Part shown: one piece after another, positions 50,293-63,014 of the stretch
Numbering within the stretch: position 1 is the first letter of the stretch
Layout: each line of letters opens with the position of its first letter
NCBI GenBank assembly: GCA_027604505.1
Contig: JADIIX010000037.1
Coordinates: 62,001-126,000, forward strand
Length of the DNA: 64,000 nucleotides
Reading direction: 5' to 3'
DNA from: Gonapodya sp. JEL0774
Taxonomy: Eukaryota
The notes under the pieces: generated by a model
What the model was told of the DNA's origin: nothing
Seen by the model: only the letters and a program-made list of their open reading frames with translations
The model's database searches: none
Made by a program: the position numbers and the translations under genes

Positions 50293-51678
50293 TCAGATTT
50301 CGACTATGGTCTCAAATCCAGGATCATTGACAGACGACGCCTCCTGCCCTGGATCCCCCTCCAAAATGCGCACAGCACTCGGGTTCTCCCACCACTCCCA
50401 CATTTGGGTCATATTGGGAGATATTGTCGTTCCGTCGCCTAAGCCAAACGCTGGCAGCTTCCATACCCCGATCATTTTCATGTTCGGCTGGCCTTGAGCA
50501 TCACTGTGAGGCGGTCATAGGTCAGTGTCCTCTGACTCCGAGAAAGCGTATAAAAGGAGGCATCATCCAACTCACTAGTCGTAGTTCCAACCATCTAAGG
50601 TCCAGAAAAGTGGACGTGGGAAATTAAATGGAGGTAGCATGGGGTCCTGACGATACCAATAGACTGCTATTGAGACCATTCCACATCTGCATCCAATCAA
50701 TTCCGAGAATACCCACAATTTGGTAGAAGTAGCCTGCAGGGATATTCCCATCAACACTGTTGCCAGCTCCGCTCGCAGCACCAGTGTACCACCCAGTAAC
50801 AAGATACTTTGCGCCCGATCTCTCAAAATTGTGCACAGCCTTGACGCCGTCTTCGACATTGATATGTTGCAATGCGTCCCGGCAATTGATTACTTCCCAC
50901 AAAGGCGCTGGCTCGGAGCTGGCTGTTGTATTTTGAGGAAGAAGGACGTCTTCGCGAGAGACAAAGTCCATTGCGGCGAACCGCATGTTTGGGAAACGGA
51001 TGTGCTTAAGAGTATTGCCGAGGATGACATTCTGGACACTGAAGACGAGTTTTCCAAAAAAAAAATTCACACCCAAGGTTGGGAATCCACTTACATGTCA
51101 ATGCCCGTGTAGTCAACAGTGCCGCCGCGGACTTCCGGGATCGCCCACTGCCAGTTACAGTCTCCGCAAGGCGAATCCAGGATTTTCTGAAGATTGAACG
51201 TTCGAAGAACTGCCGAAAGGAACCTCCGGGCATTGACGGTATACGATAGATAGGATCCGGTTCCAGAAAGTGATTCTCCATCCCCCCACCCTTGCTTGGA
51301 GTAGATGGAGTCGAACGCATTTTTCCTTCCGCCGTCGACGACCCCGTCACCACTCTCTTCTAGTTGTACATTGTTTGATGCTCCGTCCGGCTGTTGGATG
51401 GTCACTGGTGCCACGGGTACTGTGACGACCACTTGGACCGTTTTGGTGACGGTCACGACTGTTTGTGATGGCTCAACACACTCTTTCCAATCGTCTGACA
51501 TCATCAATTGGCTTTGAACACCAGTATGCATTCCAAAGTTGAAGAGGGCGAGGAAGGCAGATCCAAGGATAATCGAAAGCACAACGAGCGATCTCATGAC
51601 AGGGGAACAGAGCACCCCCAAGAGAGTCGACGTAGGTTTGACAGCTTCGAGGGCTCGGACGTCGCGCTTGTAATCCAT
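50293..51678 (-). CDS. Class I SAM-dependent methyltransferase with N-terminal TM anchor and Val/Thr stem, copy 2
   Basis: TM LVVLSIILGSAFLALF; FDSIY..WGDGESLSGTGS; KILDSPCGD; YTGID; INCRDALQH; tandem paralogue of copy 1. Confidence 0.8.
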
Positions 51679-52228
51679 CACGGCTTGGTGTTGAGTTTTC
51701 AATCTGTGGAAGTTTGGCGGTGTATGTCGATGTACCTGTTCAGGTCACCGCAGGCGCCCCCTGATCACATTCCGATCGGCGGAGACCGCCGCAGAATGAG
51801 TGGGGCAAGCTTTTTCCTTACGTACAATGAGTTCGATAGCTCGTTTCACATCCTATCTCACAAAATGGTTCCAAGCGCGAACTTGCGGTTCTGAACAGAC
51901 TGAGTGTGTACCTTGACATACCCCCCAGAGCCCTCATATCAACACCAAACCTCTCACTGGACTGACGTACCTCCACTGTAGCGTCGCGGATTTGTTCAGA
52001 TACTGTGCATCTCGAGGTGCATTGTGTCTGCTCTACTGACAAACGGCACACTTGCCTGTTATTGTAGAGAGTGATGTAGGCGCTCTCGGTTAACAGTTCA
52101 AAGTGGAAGATTCACTTCGCTGACATGACTACGTCAGCAGTTGAAAGCACAGTTCGAAGAAACTGCTTTTCCGTTCCTGCTTATTCATGAAAGCAGTCAC
52201 CTTATCCCGCGTTCCCTCCCTCACGGAG

Positions 52229-53776
52229 CTAAAACATAAAGACTCCTCCTGACTCTTTCAGCTTCGAATCCGTCTCTGGATCACGAGGTCCCACTGAGCG
52301 GAAGGTCACTGAGAAGGAACAATGTAGAATTTATAGAATCAAAACGATGCGCATGCCTTGGAACAAAACAACTCACCAGCTGAGTTGCGGATGATCCATC
52401 GCCCACGCGAGTCTCGGGATACGGAGTGAGGCATCTAAGTGTTTCAGGAGTCGGTGTCCGTTTAAACACAAGGGTACAAGTCCACGGCCAATGATCCCAC
52501 CATTGCACAACATTGTCTGACAAGTCATCTACTCACGTACTGCGCAACCTGCACCATTCTGCCTCTTCCCCGGACGTGCTCTCTCCTTAGAGCCCTATCT
52601 TCCAGTGCAAACCCAGGGGAAACCCCACTTTCATCATTGGTATCCCATTCTTGATCATTCTGGGGATCGATAGGGCCCTCGCGATCCCCCAAGAACCTCC
52701 AAACCATCCGTAGCTCTCCTTCGTCCCCATCGCCGAAGAAATTTGCCGACCGATATACACCGTTGGGCTCAAAATAGGCCGGCCACGAATCATCGCGAGG
52801 AATGTGGAGCTGGATCGCAGTGGCATTGGGAGAAGCTTGCCGGGGTGTCCGTGCAACGTCGCAGCGTTGCCCAGCGGCAATAGCCTCGAGTTCAAACTCG
52901 AGTCGTTCTAGTGAGGTATGGCGGGAATTGAAACGGAAGTCCCACTCGAGGGAGGAAATTTCGTGAGCGGTGATGTATTCACGGCGAAGATCATGGAGGT
53001 GGACGGCAAATGACAGTTTTGACAGTGTCGAGAACCGGGGCTTGGAAGAGAATGGGTTGTCCAGAGGGTTTATCCAGTCGATTTTACAAGCTCCGAGGTG
53101 AGATTCCCAAAATTCCCGCTCTTCGGACAAAGATGAAGGCAATGGTGGAGCAGATTGCTTGCCGAATGCCAGTAACGCGGAAGGTTGGCGTACGCTAAGT
53201 AAATCCCAACGAGCACGCACGAGGGATTCTAGTTGACGGGTTGAGATGTGCTTTAAGAGGTGAGGCTGAAATTCGAGAGGTGTCAAAGGATGAAGCTCTG
53301 TGATCGGGTAGAGAAACGGAGGTGGACGAGTGGCGGGGGATTTATACAATCGCGGCCAAACAAGTAAGAGGTTCCTGAACAGGGGGAATGTCAAAAGGTG
53401 AGAAACTGGAACGCCGAATGTCTTCGTCGAAGTCTCAAATCTGTATGGTCGAGCTTTCGTGCTTCATTCGCTGTTGTCTTCACTTATGGTTTTGTCCTTC
53501 TAATAACTGTGTGAATCGCAAGACTCACGATCGCCTGCAAATTTCTTTCCATGTAATCTCGCTATTCACGATCGCATTCCAAGATTTTGAAATGCGCGAT
53601 GCCACAAGTACGTCTCGTGCAAGATGAGCAATCGAAGGATGCTCCAAATAATGGTTTGGAGCCGGAACGAGGAAGAGAGCAACTTGGACGGCCAACTCCA
53701 AAGGCAAACGCGTCACGAGATCGAAATTAGCAGGCCATGTTGAAAACTCATGTGAGTTCAAGTGAGCTTGGGCCAT
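52229..53776 (-). CDS. F-box protein with an uncharacterised C-terminal domain (multi-exon)
   Basis: FDLVTRLPLELAVQVALFL...VASRISKSWNAIVNSEITWKEIC is F-box-like and splices into ORF 52525-53394. Final exons were reconstructed by hand to TAG at 52229. An alternative ATG lies at 53806. Confidence 0.65.
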
Positions 53777-53914
53777 GGTGAGACTGTTTTGGTCGGAGAT
53801 GGCCATCAGGCGCGTGTCATTATGTTTACCCGAGCCGTCCCTGTTACCAAAGTTCTGTGAACAACTGGAATGCACGAGAACGAACAGATTATGAATCCGC
53901 AAACGCCCGAGTGC

Positions 53915-53921
53915 TATAAAA
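53915..53921 (+). promoter_or_regulatory. Candidate TATA box of pirin C
   Basis: TATAAAA about 110 nt upstream of the ATG. Confidence 0.5.
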
Positions 53922-54031
53922 CGGCTACTCTGAGATGCGACCTGTATCATCTCAAGTTCCTCAAGCGATACACTTCACATTACGAGTGAATCAACTCGAG
54001 CAAGTCACAAGAACAAATCAAGAAACTTCTA

Positions 54032-55116
54032 ATGGCACCAACTTTCACCGTGAGGAAGAGTGCGGACCGTGGGCACGCCAACCTTGGATGGCTTGATACT
54101 CACCACGTAAGTGATTGTCCCATCCGTGAAGTGGTGTTGGTGCATTACATTGCACTATGGACTGACGGGGTCTCATGTCCTATCGCCAGACCTTCTCGTT
54201 CGCCAACTACTACGACCCCAAGTTCGATGGTTTTGGATCTCTGAGGGTCCTGAATGAGGACAAGGTCAAGCCTGGGAAGGGGTTTGGCGCCCATCCTCAC
54301 CAGTAAGTGTCTTCTTTGCTGGTGTACGTATTGCGAAATACGTTCATGCCGTCCTTTCTTTTGTTCTCCGCATTACTATCAGAGCGTACGAAATATTCAG
54401 CTACGTGGTCGACGGGCAGCTCGAGCACAAGGACAGCGCCGGCCACCACGAAATCGTGGGCAGAGGAAACATTCAGTTCACGACCGCCGGTACTGGCATC
54501 GCTCATAGGTGAGACTCCCAGTCAGTGACTCCCGTCATTCGCTTTTTGCTTGCATGTCACTGACGCTGGCGCCGTACTTTGGCACAGTGAATACAACGCC
54601 TCACAGACCGACCCTGTGCACTTCCTGCAGATATGGAACCTCCCCTCCAACACGCGCCTTCGTCCCGGATATGCCACGGGTAACTTCCCAGACTCGTGCA
54701 AGAAGAATCAATTTGCCACCTTGATCGCCCCTGAGAACAAACGAGACGCTGTCCAGCCGACACATCCAGACGCGAGCAAGCCCATAGCGATACACAGCGA
54801 CTTTTGGATGTCTGCGGCATTATTGGACCCAGGAATCGAAATTGTATACAGGACGCCAGAACTTGGGCAAAACGCAGCCATTGATCAATCCGAACACTCT
54901 CCGCGTCGCCTCTATCTGCACCTCGTCCAAAACAACCCGCGCGCAAAACTTACCGTCTCAGTTCCGGGATCCACCGATTCTTCGAGTGCTGGAGAAACGA
55001 CACTCTCACATGGGGATGGAATGTTTGTCAATGGATTCGATGTCCAATGTGGCGGTTTGGTGGTGAGAAACGATGGACAGGGCGTTGCCGAAGTTGTACT
55101 CATGGATCTCGCGTGA
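54032..55116 (+). CDS. Pirin-family bicupin (YhhW-like), copy C
   Basis: Differs from copy B at 3 residues that I could see (V/A, S/N, S/C); same introns. Confidence 0.92.
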
Positions 55117-55365
55117 GATTCCGTTGTGCATATGTAAACATTCGTACCAACAGAGTTTTTATTAGAATCTAAGTCACATCATTTAGACTTGTTCGCTGTT
55201 TGCTCTAAAGCAATAATGAAACTTAGAATATCACTTTAGCTCCGGCGTTAGCTCGCTCAGATGAGCACAAAACCGTCCAAAGAGAACCCTCACAGCAACC
55301 GAGTTGATAAAGTTGCTGTCCACACTCGCACGAGTCAATCCCTGAGCATCATGTACTAATGCACA

Positions 55366-58300
55366 TCACATAGGGTTTGTTGTTGTAACTTGAATGCCAT
55401 TTGAGACTTGCGAGGGACATACCGATGCTATTTTACCTCTGAGACATCTTACTATGTACACAAGGCTACGTTCGTCCAATGTATTGGCTAGAGCGATATC
55501 ACGTGCGAAAAGCAAACTTCTTCCGGGGGCAGGGTGAGAGTCCAGTGATCGGACTGGACCCCACAACACAAAAACGTTCCAACTATCTGAGCCCGCCTTA
55601 TGCTTTCCAAACGTCTCCGTGGAGATAAAACGGATGAATTCAGCACCAAAATTGTCAACCCTACATATTATCAGAGTCCCTCACTGACATTGACAACCAA
55701 CATGCTAATATTTGGGATCTCACCGCCCCGTGGTTGAACAGCAAAGCAATGTACATAAGTCAATCTACATCTCCGCAATAACTTGTATGTACCATATTCG
55801 CACCGTATGGTCTTCTTCTGACACTGCTTTGGCTCTCTCAAACAGTTCTGCATCCATTTCTGGCGCAATCTTTCTACCTAGTCCTTTACCCTCCAACACA
55901 TTAAGACCTCCCCGAAGCATCAACCGAAAGCACGAGACAATGCGTTCGGGGCTGGCTGCCCAATGTTGACGCACATCTGCAGCGATCGTGTTGGCACCGC
56001 CAGTAACCCCGTCTTGTGCCTTCAATGTAATGTCTCCCGCTCCCTTCTTTGAGGCCGAATTCACAGAGCTAATTGATCGCTTGACTCCCGCCGAGGATGG
56101 CGCTGGTAGCTTGCCGACATTACCGGTTTGATCCGAAGTTTCATTGACAATGGTTATGGCTAGGCGCTTAACTGCACCGTAGTCTACCGTACCCTTCGTT
56201 TCATCGAGTTTAAAAGCCCACCCTTTCGTTGAAAGTCCAATTTCACTAGAGGTTTGGTGTGTACTTTCGTCTGAAGGGACGGGCAACCACCGTCCGTCCA
56301 TTCCACGTTCGATAGTCCCGTGAAATCGCTCAACAGTAAATTCCCCCGGATAGTTCGGCACTCCCTTGCCAGTTTTCACTGGTGGTCCACCCTTGACCTG
56401 CCCACCACCACCTATTGCAATCGGCATGGACGAACTTGGGTTGCTGTTGGGCCGGGCGTTGACAATAAGGATGTCTTTTATCTCCAGTCTCCACGCCTTT
56501 CCCTCCTGCCATCCAAATTCACCCATTTCCGCCTTTTGCCACTTCATTGTATATTTTTCGCATCGAATCCTGTTATAAGACTTTAAGAGCCTGAACAGGG
56601 GCACCTTGAAAGAGCCAAAGTCAACATCCGCCGGAAGTTGCTGCAAGTCCAAAGTCTTTAGCTTCTCCGCATCAATGGTGTTGGTTTGATCGGTCAAAGA
56701 CTCAGTAGGCTTGTGCTTAGATCCCGAAGGTGGTCGGTAGCCTCCCAAGCTGTTCAATAAATCTGCGAGCTCTTGACGCCATGGATGAATCTCACAGCCA
56801 CTGAACTGGGTATCTGTATCATATCCTGTGATGTAGAGTGACGTAGCCGACGAGCGGGCAACCACAGGTCTACTGTAGTCTTCTTGTACACCAAATGTCT
56901 GAATACGTAGACGACCACAGAGACCTGATACCTCCATTGGCGGCTGATGAGATACAAAGAGTAGGTTTTCAAATGGCACCACGAAATGTCAGTCACAATT
57001 GTTGCTGTCAACCCACATCAAAGATTATGTTCACAGGTGACTTGGAACCTGGAGCAACTATTCCCGTGGACGCCTCGCATCTGAACGCCGATTGCACATG
57101 TTCAAATACCACTTTACACTCAACGCTTGATTTGAATGACACGATGAAGTCACATTCGTTCACAAATGAGAACATGGTTCGGGGGATGGGAATGTCAGTA
57201 AGCAACACAGTTCCGATGTCGAGCATTTGTGCATCCGGGTCGAAGGACACTTTCGGTACAAATCCTCGCCCTCGTATGATTAAAGGAATATTGGTGAAAG
57301 ATCCATCTGTGAGAAGGGCCGTAGACTTGAATCTGTGCATCGAGTCCGGTGCGAACCGAATGGTTATGGGACCTTCCCTTTGAGCAGGCACTTCGATTGG
57401 GGCAGCAAGAACGTGGAACACTTGTGGCGGTGAGATGCTTTCCAACTTCAGCAACACTGGATCATCAGAAATGTTCCTGACGATTACATTCTTTGTGAGC
57501 TGTTCGCCAATTGGGGTGGGGACAAAGTCCACGGTTCCTCCATCAGGGTCAATAATGTGTACCTTTGGGCGAAGAATGGGCGCGATAACTTGCAAATAGA
57601 TAGTGTCCTCGTCGGCAATATATGGTGGTCTACTTCCGTCTCGGATCGATCCCTGAGCAGACAGAGGCCACCTCCGAACGAGACAAGGGACTTTAAGGTC
57701 CAGCGCAATCTCTTTCATCTGCCTCATTCTCTCATAAATCTCCTCTTGTTCAATATCTTTTCGATACTCAGCTTCCGCTGCCGGGTCCACGGGCGGCTTG
57801 ATTTCTGACAGCGCGAGCTTACTACCACCATCACCTTTTCGATGTGTACCGTGCTTGCTCTGACCGGTGGATGGGAGCTCGAATGTGGACTTTCCAGTCC
57901 CAGATTTCGCGGATTTTGACACAGGAATCTCCTCGGTCAGTGAAGGAGTGTCGAGCTCTGGAGGCGCTTCGGCATGATGAGTCGACACAAGGTTCTCCAA
58001 GCCGATTTCTTCAAGTCCTTCAAAGTGCAATCCAGGATACGCCCCTGTCACTGGATTGAATTGTGGCTCGAAAATAGCCTGCAAGATGCATGTTTCACCC
58101 TCCTGCACGAAACCTTTCCCTGGAATCACCTTGACAAGCTCATTAGTGAGGGTCACCTTTGGGTCTTTGCCGTTCTTGCTCAACGTCTCTCTCTCTGCGT
58201 GTTCCGCGAGTTCCAAAAAAGTTTCCCCGCCGTCAGGTTTCCGCACCATTATTCCGCAACATATGGGCGTCCCAAACTCGAAGGTCCACCCTGGGATATC

Positions 58301-61300
58301 GGCCATCCGTGCAAACCCCTGAGGATCACTCGGATCAAACACTATCATTGGAGCCTCATCTTCAACTCTTAATTTATCCTTCCGCCGATCAGTCTCACTT
58401 ACTTCTCCACCTCTTGCCTTCCTCAGTGTCCTTTTTGCCTGCCTTCCAACATCCGCACCTTTAATCCTCACATCCACCTTCCGTTTTCCCCCGACAGCCG
58501 TCCCCCCAAATTCAACCATTCCTTCAAGGAACTCAGCACCGGCCATCCTTCCCATTCCATTGATCGCAACCTCACCACCTCCGTCCAGCTCACTCTTCAC
58601 TGTCAAAATGCCGTTCACTAACCCTACTTTATGGGGCCTGAACACAATTTCCACACCCCGATCTTCTCCTCCCCCAAAAAGTAAACCACCTCCGTCATCC
58701 AATCCTTCCACGACAACTGCATCCTGCTGACACCCAATTTGCACCCTTTGCGCAACCACTGCCCTGTTCCTCAAAGTCAATCGCGCCCGATTCTCTCCAC
58801 CAATGGTAGTCACCGGGAACGACAAGGAGCAAGTGTCCACATCCACGTCACCACAGGTTAGAAAGCCCTTGATAGAAATTCTGGCGGAATGTGCACGCTG
58901 GTGGACGAGAAGAACACGCAGTTCAAAGGGAACACAGAGGGGTACGGGGGGGGGAGACGCATTTGGTGTTGAAACGGTTCGAGGAACAGTTTTGATTGCG
59001 TGAAGGAACTCGTCACGTGTTGGTACGATTCTGATCCGAAGTTGTGAAGTGATGCCCGCATCCAGGTGTCCTAGTCCTCTTCCTTGTGCGTATCCTGCCC
59101 AGGGATCTACAAAAACTTCTCCAATGCCTCTCACCAGTATGGGCCCAACTGTTCCCTCAGACTCCCGTTTCCTTTCCTTCCTACCACTGTCCTTGCTTTC
59201 CTTTCCGACCATACTACGCGCGCCTACCACTTTCACTTCAAATGGAACGGCTTTGCTACCTCCTCCAATGACATCTACTGTCCTCTCGTATCGCCTTCCC
59301 ACCACGATAGTTCCCACATTGACCATGCAAGGATTCACCCGCAGCAAGGGGGGCACGAGACGCACTGTGCACCGTAGAAGAACGGAGTGCGCACGATCCA
59401 TAGTAATCGGCACTGGTGATGGGAACACAGGACTGGAATCGAACCGCAAAACCATCAACCGAGTGGCAAATCTTGGTTCCCAGATTTGCTCTCCTATCGC
59501 ATCCATATTTGAAGTGGCGAACACGATGCGCACTGTGAAACTTGCTCCACCAGGACCAACCCCCAACCCACGTCCAGTAACTTTGCCCTCCACAGGGACA
59601 GCACGCACTGACAAGAGTTCCACAGTGCTCAGAGGAGCTGGTGTGTGACTGTATTCTTCAATAGTCCCGTCAGTGAGGTCAGATGTCAGAGCGTCAACTC
59701 TCCATGTTCCTCCTAAAAAGCCCATATTCTCAATGTCCACCTTCACAACTCTGGTTTGCTCATCAGCGCCCCCATAAGTGACAGTTCCTCCGTCCAGTTC
59801 CGCCAAACGTTCTATCCCGAGTCTCGCGGCCAACTTTTCCACCTCACTCTCTCCATCTTGAACAACCTCTTTCACTATTGCGGGCTTGCCACCCAACCGA
59901 GCTATCACCGGTTCACACCGCCTCGCCTTAGCTTCAACCTCAACTTCGAAGATAGCTCCATCCTCCACCATGAACCGAACGGCACCTCGTAAATCTTCAT
60001 AAACTGGCCCCGTCTCAATGTCTTCGCGTACATCGGCCACGCGAGCGGGATAAAACAGCACTCTCGCGACCACCGACCCTCCTGGTGGGATCCGCCGCGG
60101 ATGAGATATCCTGGCTTCAAACAAAGGACCCTCAACGAGCGCGTTGGAAGGGCACTCAGGCCCCAGTGGGCGAATGCCAAGAGTGACTCGCGACGTGTTT
60201 GTGAGTGTGAGCCGGGACTCAACGGGGGATCTGTCGAGTTGCTTTGACGTCGCGGAGGTGGAAACATCAGCCGATAGTCCAGAGCTGAAAATTGGAGGCG
60301 GGTAGTCTAAAAACACCACCTTCGGCGGACTGGCTATGAACGCGGTGCTTCGCTGTGACCCAGTACTTGTGGACAGGATGGCAGGCAGTGGAGGCATACG
60401 ATGTGCAGCAAGTGGTGGAGGCACGGTGATAGTCGCAATAGTGATGGTTCCCGTTGCTGATGTACGATTCAAATCAGGAGGTACCATGGGAACTTTCATT
60501 GAATCTTGGATACCAGCAGATCCAGGGGTTGACCGCGCAGGGGGAGTGCGCGAATGAGGTGGAAGATCACCCTCCGGGCCTTGTGAGTCCTTGCCTTTCT
60601 GCAGTTGCGTTATTGGTCGGGACTCAGGCCGAGATAGACGTGGCGTAGGTACAAACGATTCCGGAACAACAATGGGAGCTGAGGAAAGTGTCCCATCTGT
60701 GCTCGCATCACCACCAGGAAATGATGAGAGGCTCTGTTGCTGACCTGCAATAGGTACAACAGGTGCAGATGCAGGAAAGTTCAATACGCCTGTGGCAACA
60801 CCTGCATCCAACACTCCAATCGTTGCGGAGGCCAGATTAGGAGCCAGACAGAGTGTGGCAGCGGTACCGGCTACCGCAGACTCTGCCTGGTCTGGCGGAG
60901 CCGGCTGGATTCGATCTGTCACAGACTGCAGGTCGCTTCCTGAACTGCCCCCCCCAGTTCCCCCATTTGAGGTCATCGAATTGATTCCGAACTCTATTCT
61001 ATCCTCCCCGCCCTCTTCTGCCCTTTGCCCGATCTCATCTCTTCGTATCTCTTTTACCACCTCCACGCTATGTCTTCTTCTCTTGGGAGTTCTCCTCTGG
61101 ATTCCTGCACCCAACTCATTTTTCACCAAGCGCCTTCGCTCCCCTTCGCGTCTTAACCTCTCCTCTCTTTCCCATTTTTTTCGTTTCGCATCGTCAAGAA
61201 CCGCACGGAGAGCTGCTGTTGAAGGTGTTTCTATTGGCAGAGGGGCTTTTGAGTTTGAGTGGTTACCGGGATTGGATGACGAAGGACGGGAGAGGGCAGG

Positions 61301-62848
61301 CAATCGACTTGATGGGGACGAATGATGTGGCAAAGATGCGGACAGCGCCGCGCGGGCCTGTTCAGCGAGTGTAGCGAGGACGTGTTCACGCGCTTGGCGA
61401 GATTGTGACTTTGTCTTGTTTCCCGTGATCGTTGGAGAGAAACCCGAGACGACCCCGCCTTGAGGCCGACGGCGCGAGTCAGAAGAAGTTACATTGCTAG
61501 ATATAGCGGTAACAGCCGCCGCTTTCGCTCTTTTTCCTGCTTCTTCTGCTCTGATCCGAGCCGTTTCCTCCTTCGCCTCCTTTTCCCGCAGTTCCTTTTC
61601 CAGCCTCAGCCTTTCCACCTCCTTCGCTCGTCTCTGTATTTGTTCCTTGACATCCCTCGCGCGGGCTTGGCGGGCTTCCAGTGCTGCCCTTCGGGAGGCA
61701 GCCAAAGCGTGTTGTCGATGGAGCATGGCTGTAAGCTGGTGGGCGAGACGACCCAGGGGATCGTCGCCATCATCAAGGTCACCATTCAAATACGACTCCT
61801 TGTATGGATCGGTGGAGCCATCCGAGCTAATGAGAGAGGAATCGCATTCATCTCCTCCGGGCACCATTATGAGATCAGAGACGCCTTCCTCTATCAATTC
61901 CGCAGCCGAACGTTCTGCCACGTCAAGTGCTGCAGTGCACTCTGGAATAACGGTAGCACGGAGGTGAGAGAGCGCAGACCAAGCGCGTGCTAGGTCGTCG
62001 CGGAGACAAAAAAAATTGCGAAGGGCAAGAGAGTACGCGGAACGGACAGGAGAGGGAGCGAGCGCGGCTGGACTGGGACGGTACGAGAGTAAGGTACCGA
62101 GAGGGGGTGGGTCAGAGGTGGAAGGTGTGGGGGATTCGGGATTCAGTATGGAGCGAAGGTGGAGATAGAGGTCAGTTGTTCGAGGGTGCAGATCGGACAT
62201 GTGGTTCTGGAGTTGAGCAGGCCCGTATGAGAGAAGGCAGACAAATATAAAAAAAGAAGTTATGGGAGAATGAGACGACGAATCGACCGAGCAAAGAACA
62301 CGAGCAAGTGAAAGAAAACACACCTCCCAAGCCTCCACCTCCCTTTGAGCCACATCCAATTCTTGGGCGGCGAGCGTCCAAGCAGCTCTTGTCCGCTTCA
62401 CCCTTGCCAGTCTCCGTGCGAGCGTCTGCGTCGTTTTTTGAAACTTCTTTTGCTGAGATCGCGTATCTCGAACTGCAACGGTGGTACCGACTCTCATTTT
62501 GCCCACTTGAGCACCGTTATCGCCTGCCATAGCCCCATTTGTAGCTATATTCTGTTCTCCTATTTTTCTTCGTTGGGCTAACAGTAAATCAAATCCTGGA
62601 AACAAAGCGTCATCCTCCACGTACTCCGCTTCATCCCACTCATCTTCAGACGACTCAGGTGTAAGTGTCTGTGTAGCGCTACTTGAGCTCGTAGTAATGC
62701 TGGGTGTGTCAGAGTCCAGTTCTTTCCCGTCTTCTCTGTTCTTGTCGCCGTAAACTTGAAATCCAAAACCGCCATCACCCGTTTTCACTGTTCCGTCTTC
62801 ATGTTCCTCCCTTTCCACAATCTGCTCGCTAGTAGTATGCGAGTTCAT
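55366..62848 (-). CDS. CFAP74: Cilia- and flagella-associated protein 74-like (coiled-coil N-terminus followed by tandem ASH/Ig-like domains)
   Basis: Coiled coils, then FIASPPKVVFLDY..LTLTNTS..PRRIPPGGSVVARVLFYP..DLRGAVRF..CEP, resembling the CFAP74 first ASH domain; further ASH-like repeats (VDFVPTPIGEQLTKNVIVRNIS). The 3' exons below about 55800 are tentative; the alternative stop is 55765. Confidence 0.72.
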
Positions 62849-63014
62849 TCGTGGATGGCTTCTGATTTCGAACCCAGACTCCTTTGATCAAATCGATGAC
62901 ACGTGGTCCTCCGGGCAAAGTCCGCAACCACTATATTAATGAACACGAAACTGAACAGCAAATTCTTATGCAGCATCTGTGAACCAAATTAAAAGAAACT
63001 AGCAACTACGGGCT

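Larger units (their letters stand above)
53802..55133 (+). repeat. Right arm of the inverted repeat (pirin C plus promoter); partner at 43813-45168
   Basis: See the left arm. The inner boundary is near gccatc(a/t)gg(c/a)gcgtgtcat; similarity decays shortly after the stop codon. Confidence 0.93.

Noticed and set aside
43813..55133. Composite transposon bounded by terminal inverted repeats
   Set aside because: The arms are host pirin genes; no transposase or target-site duplication was seen.
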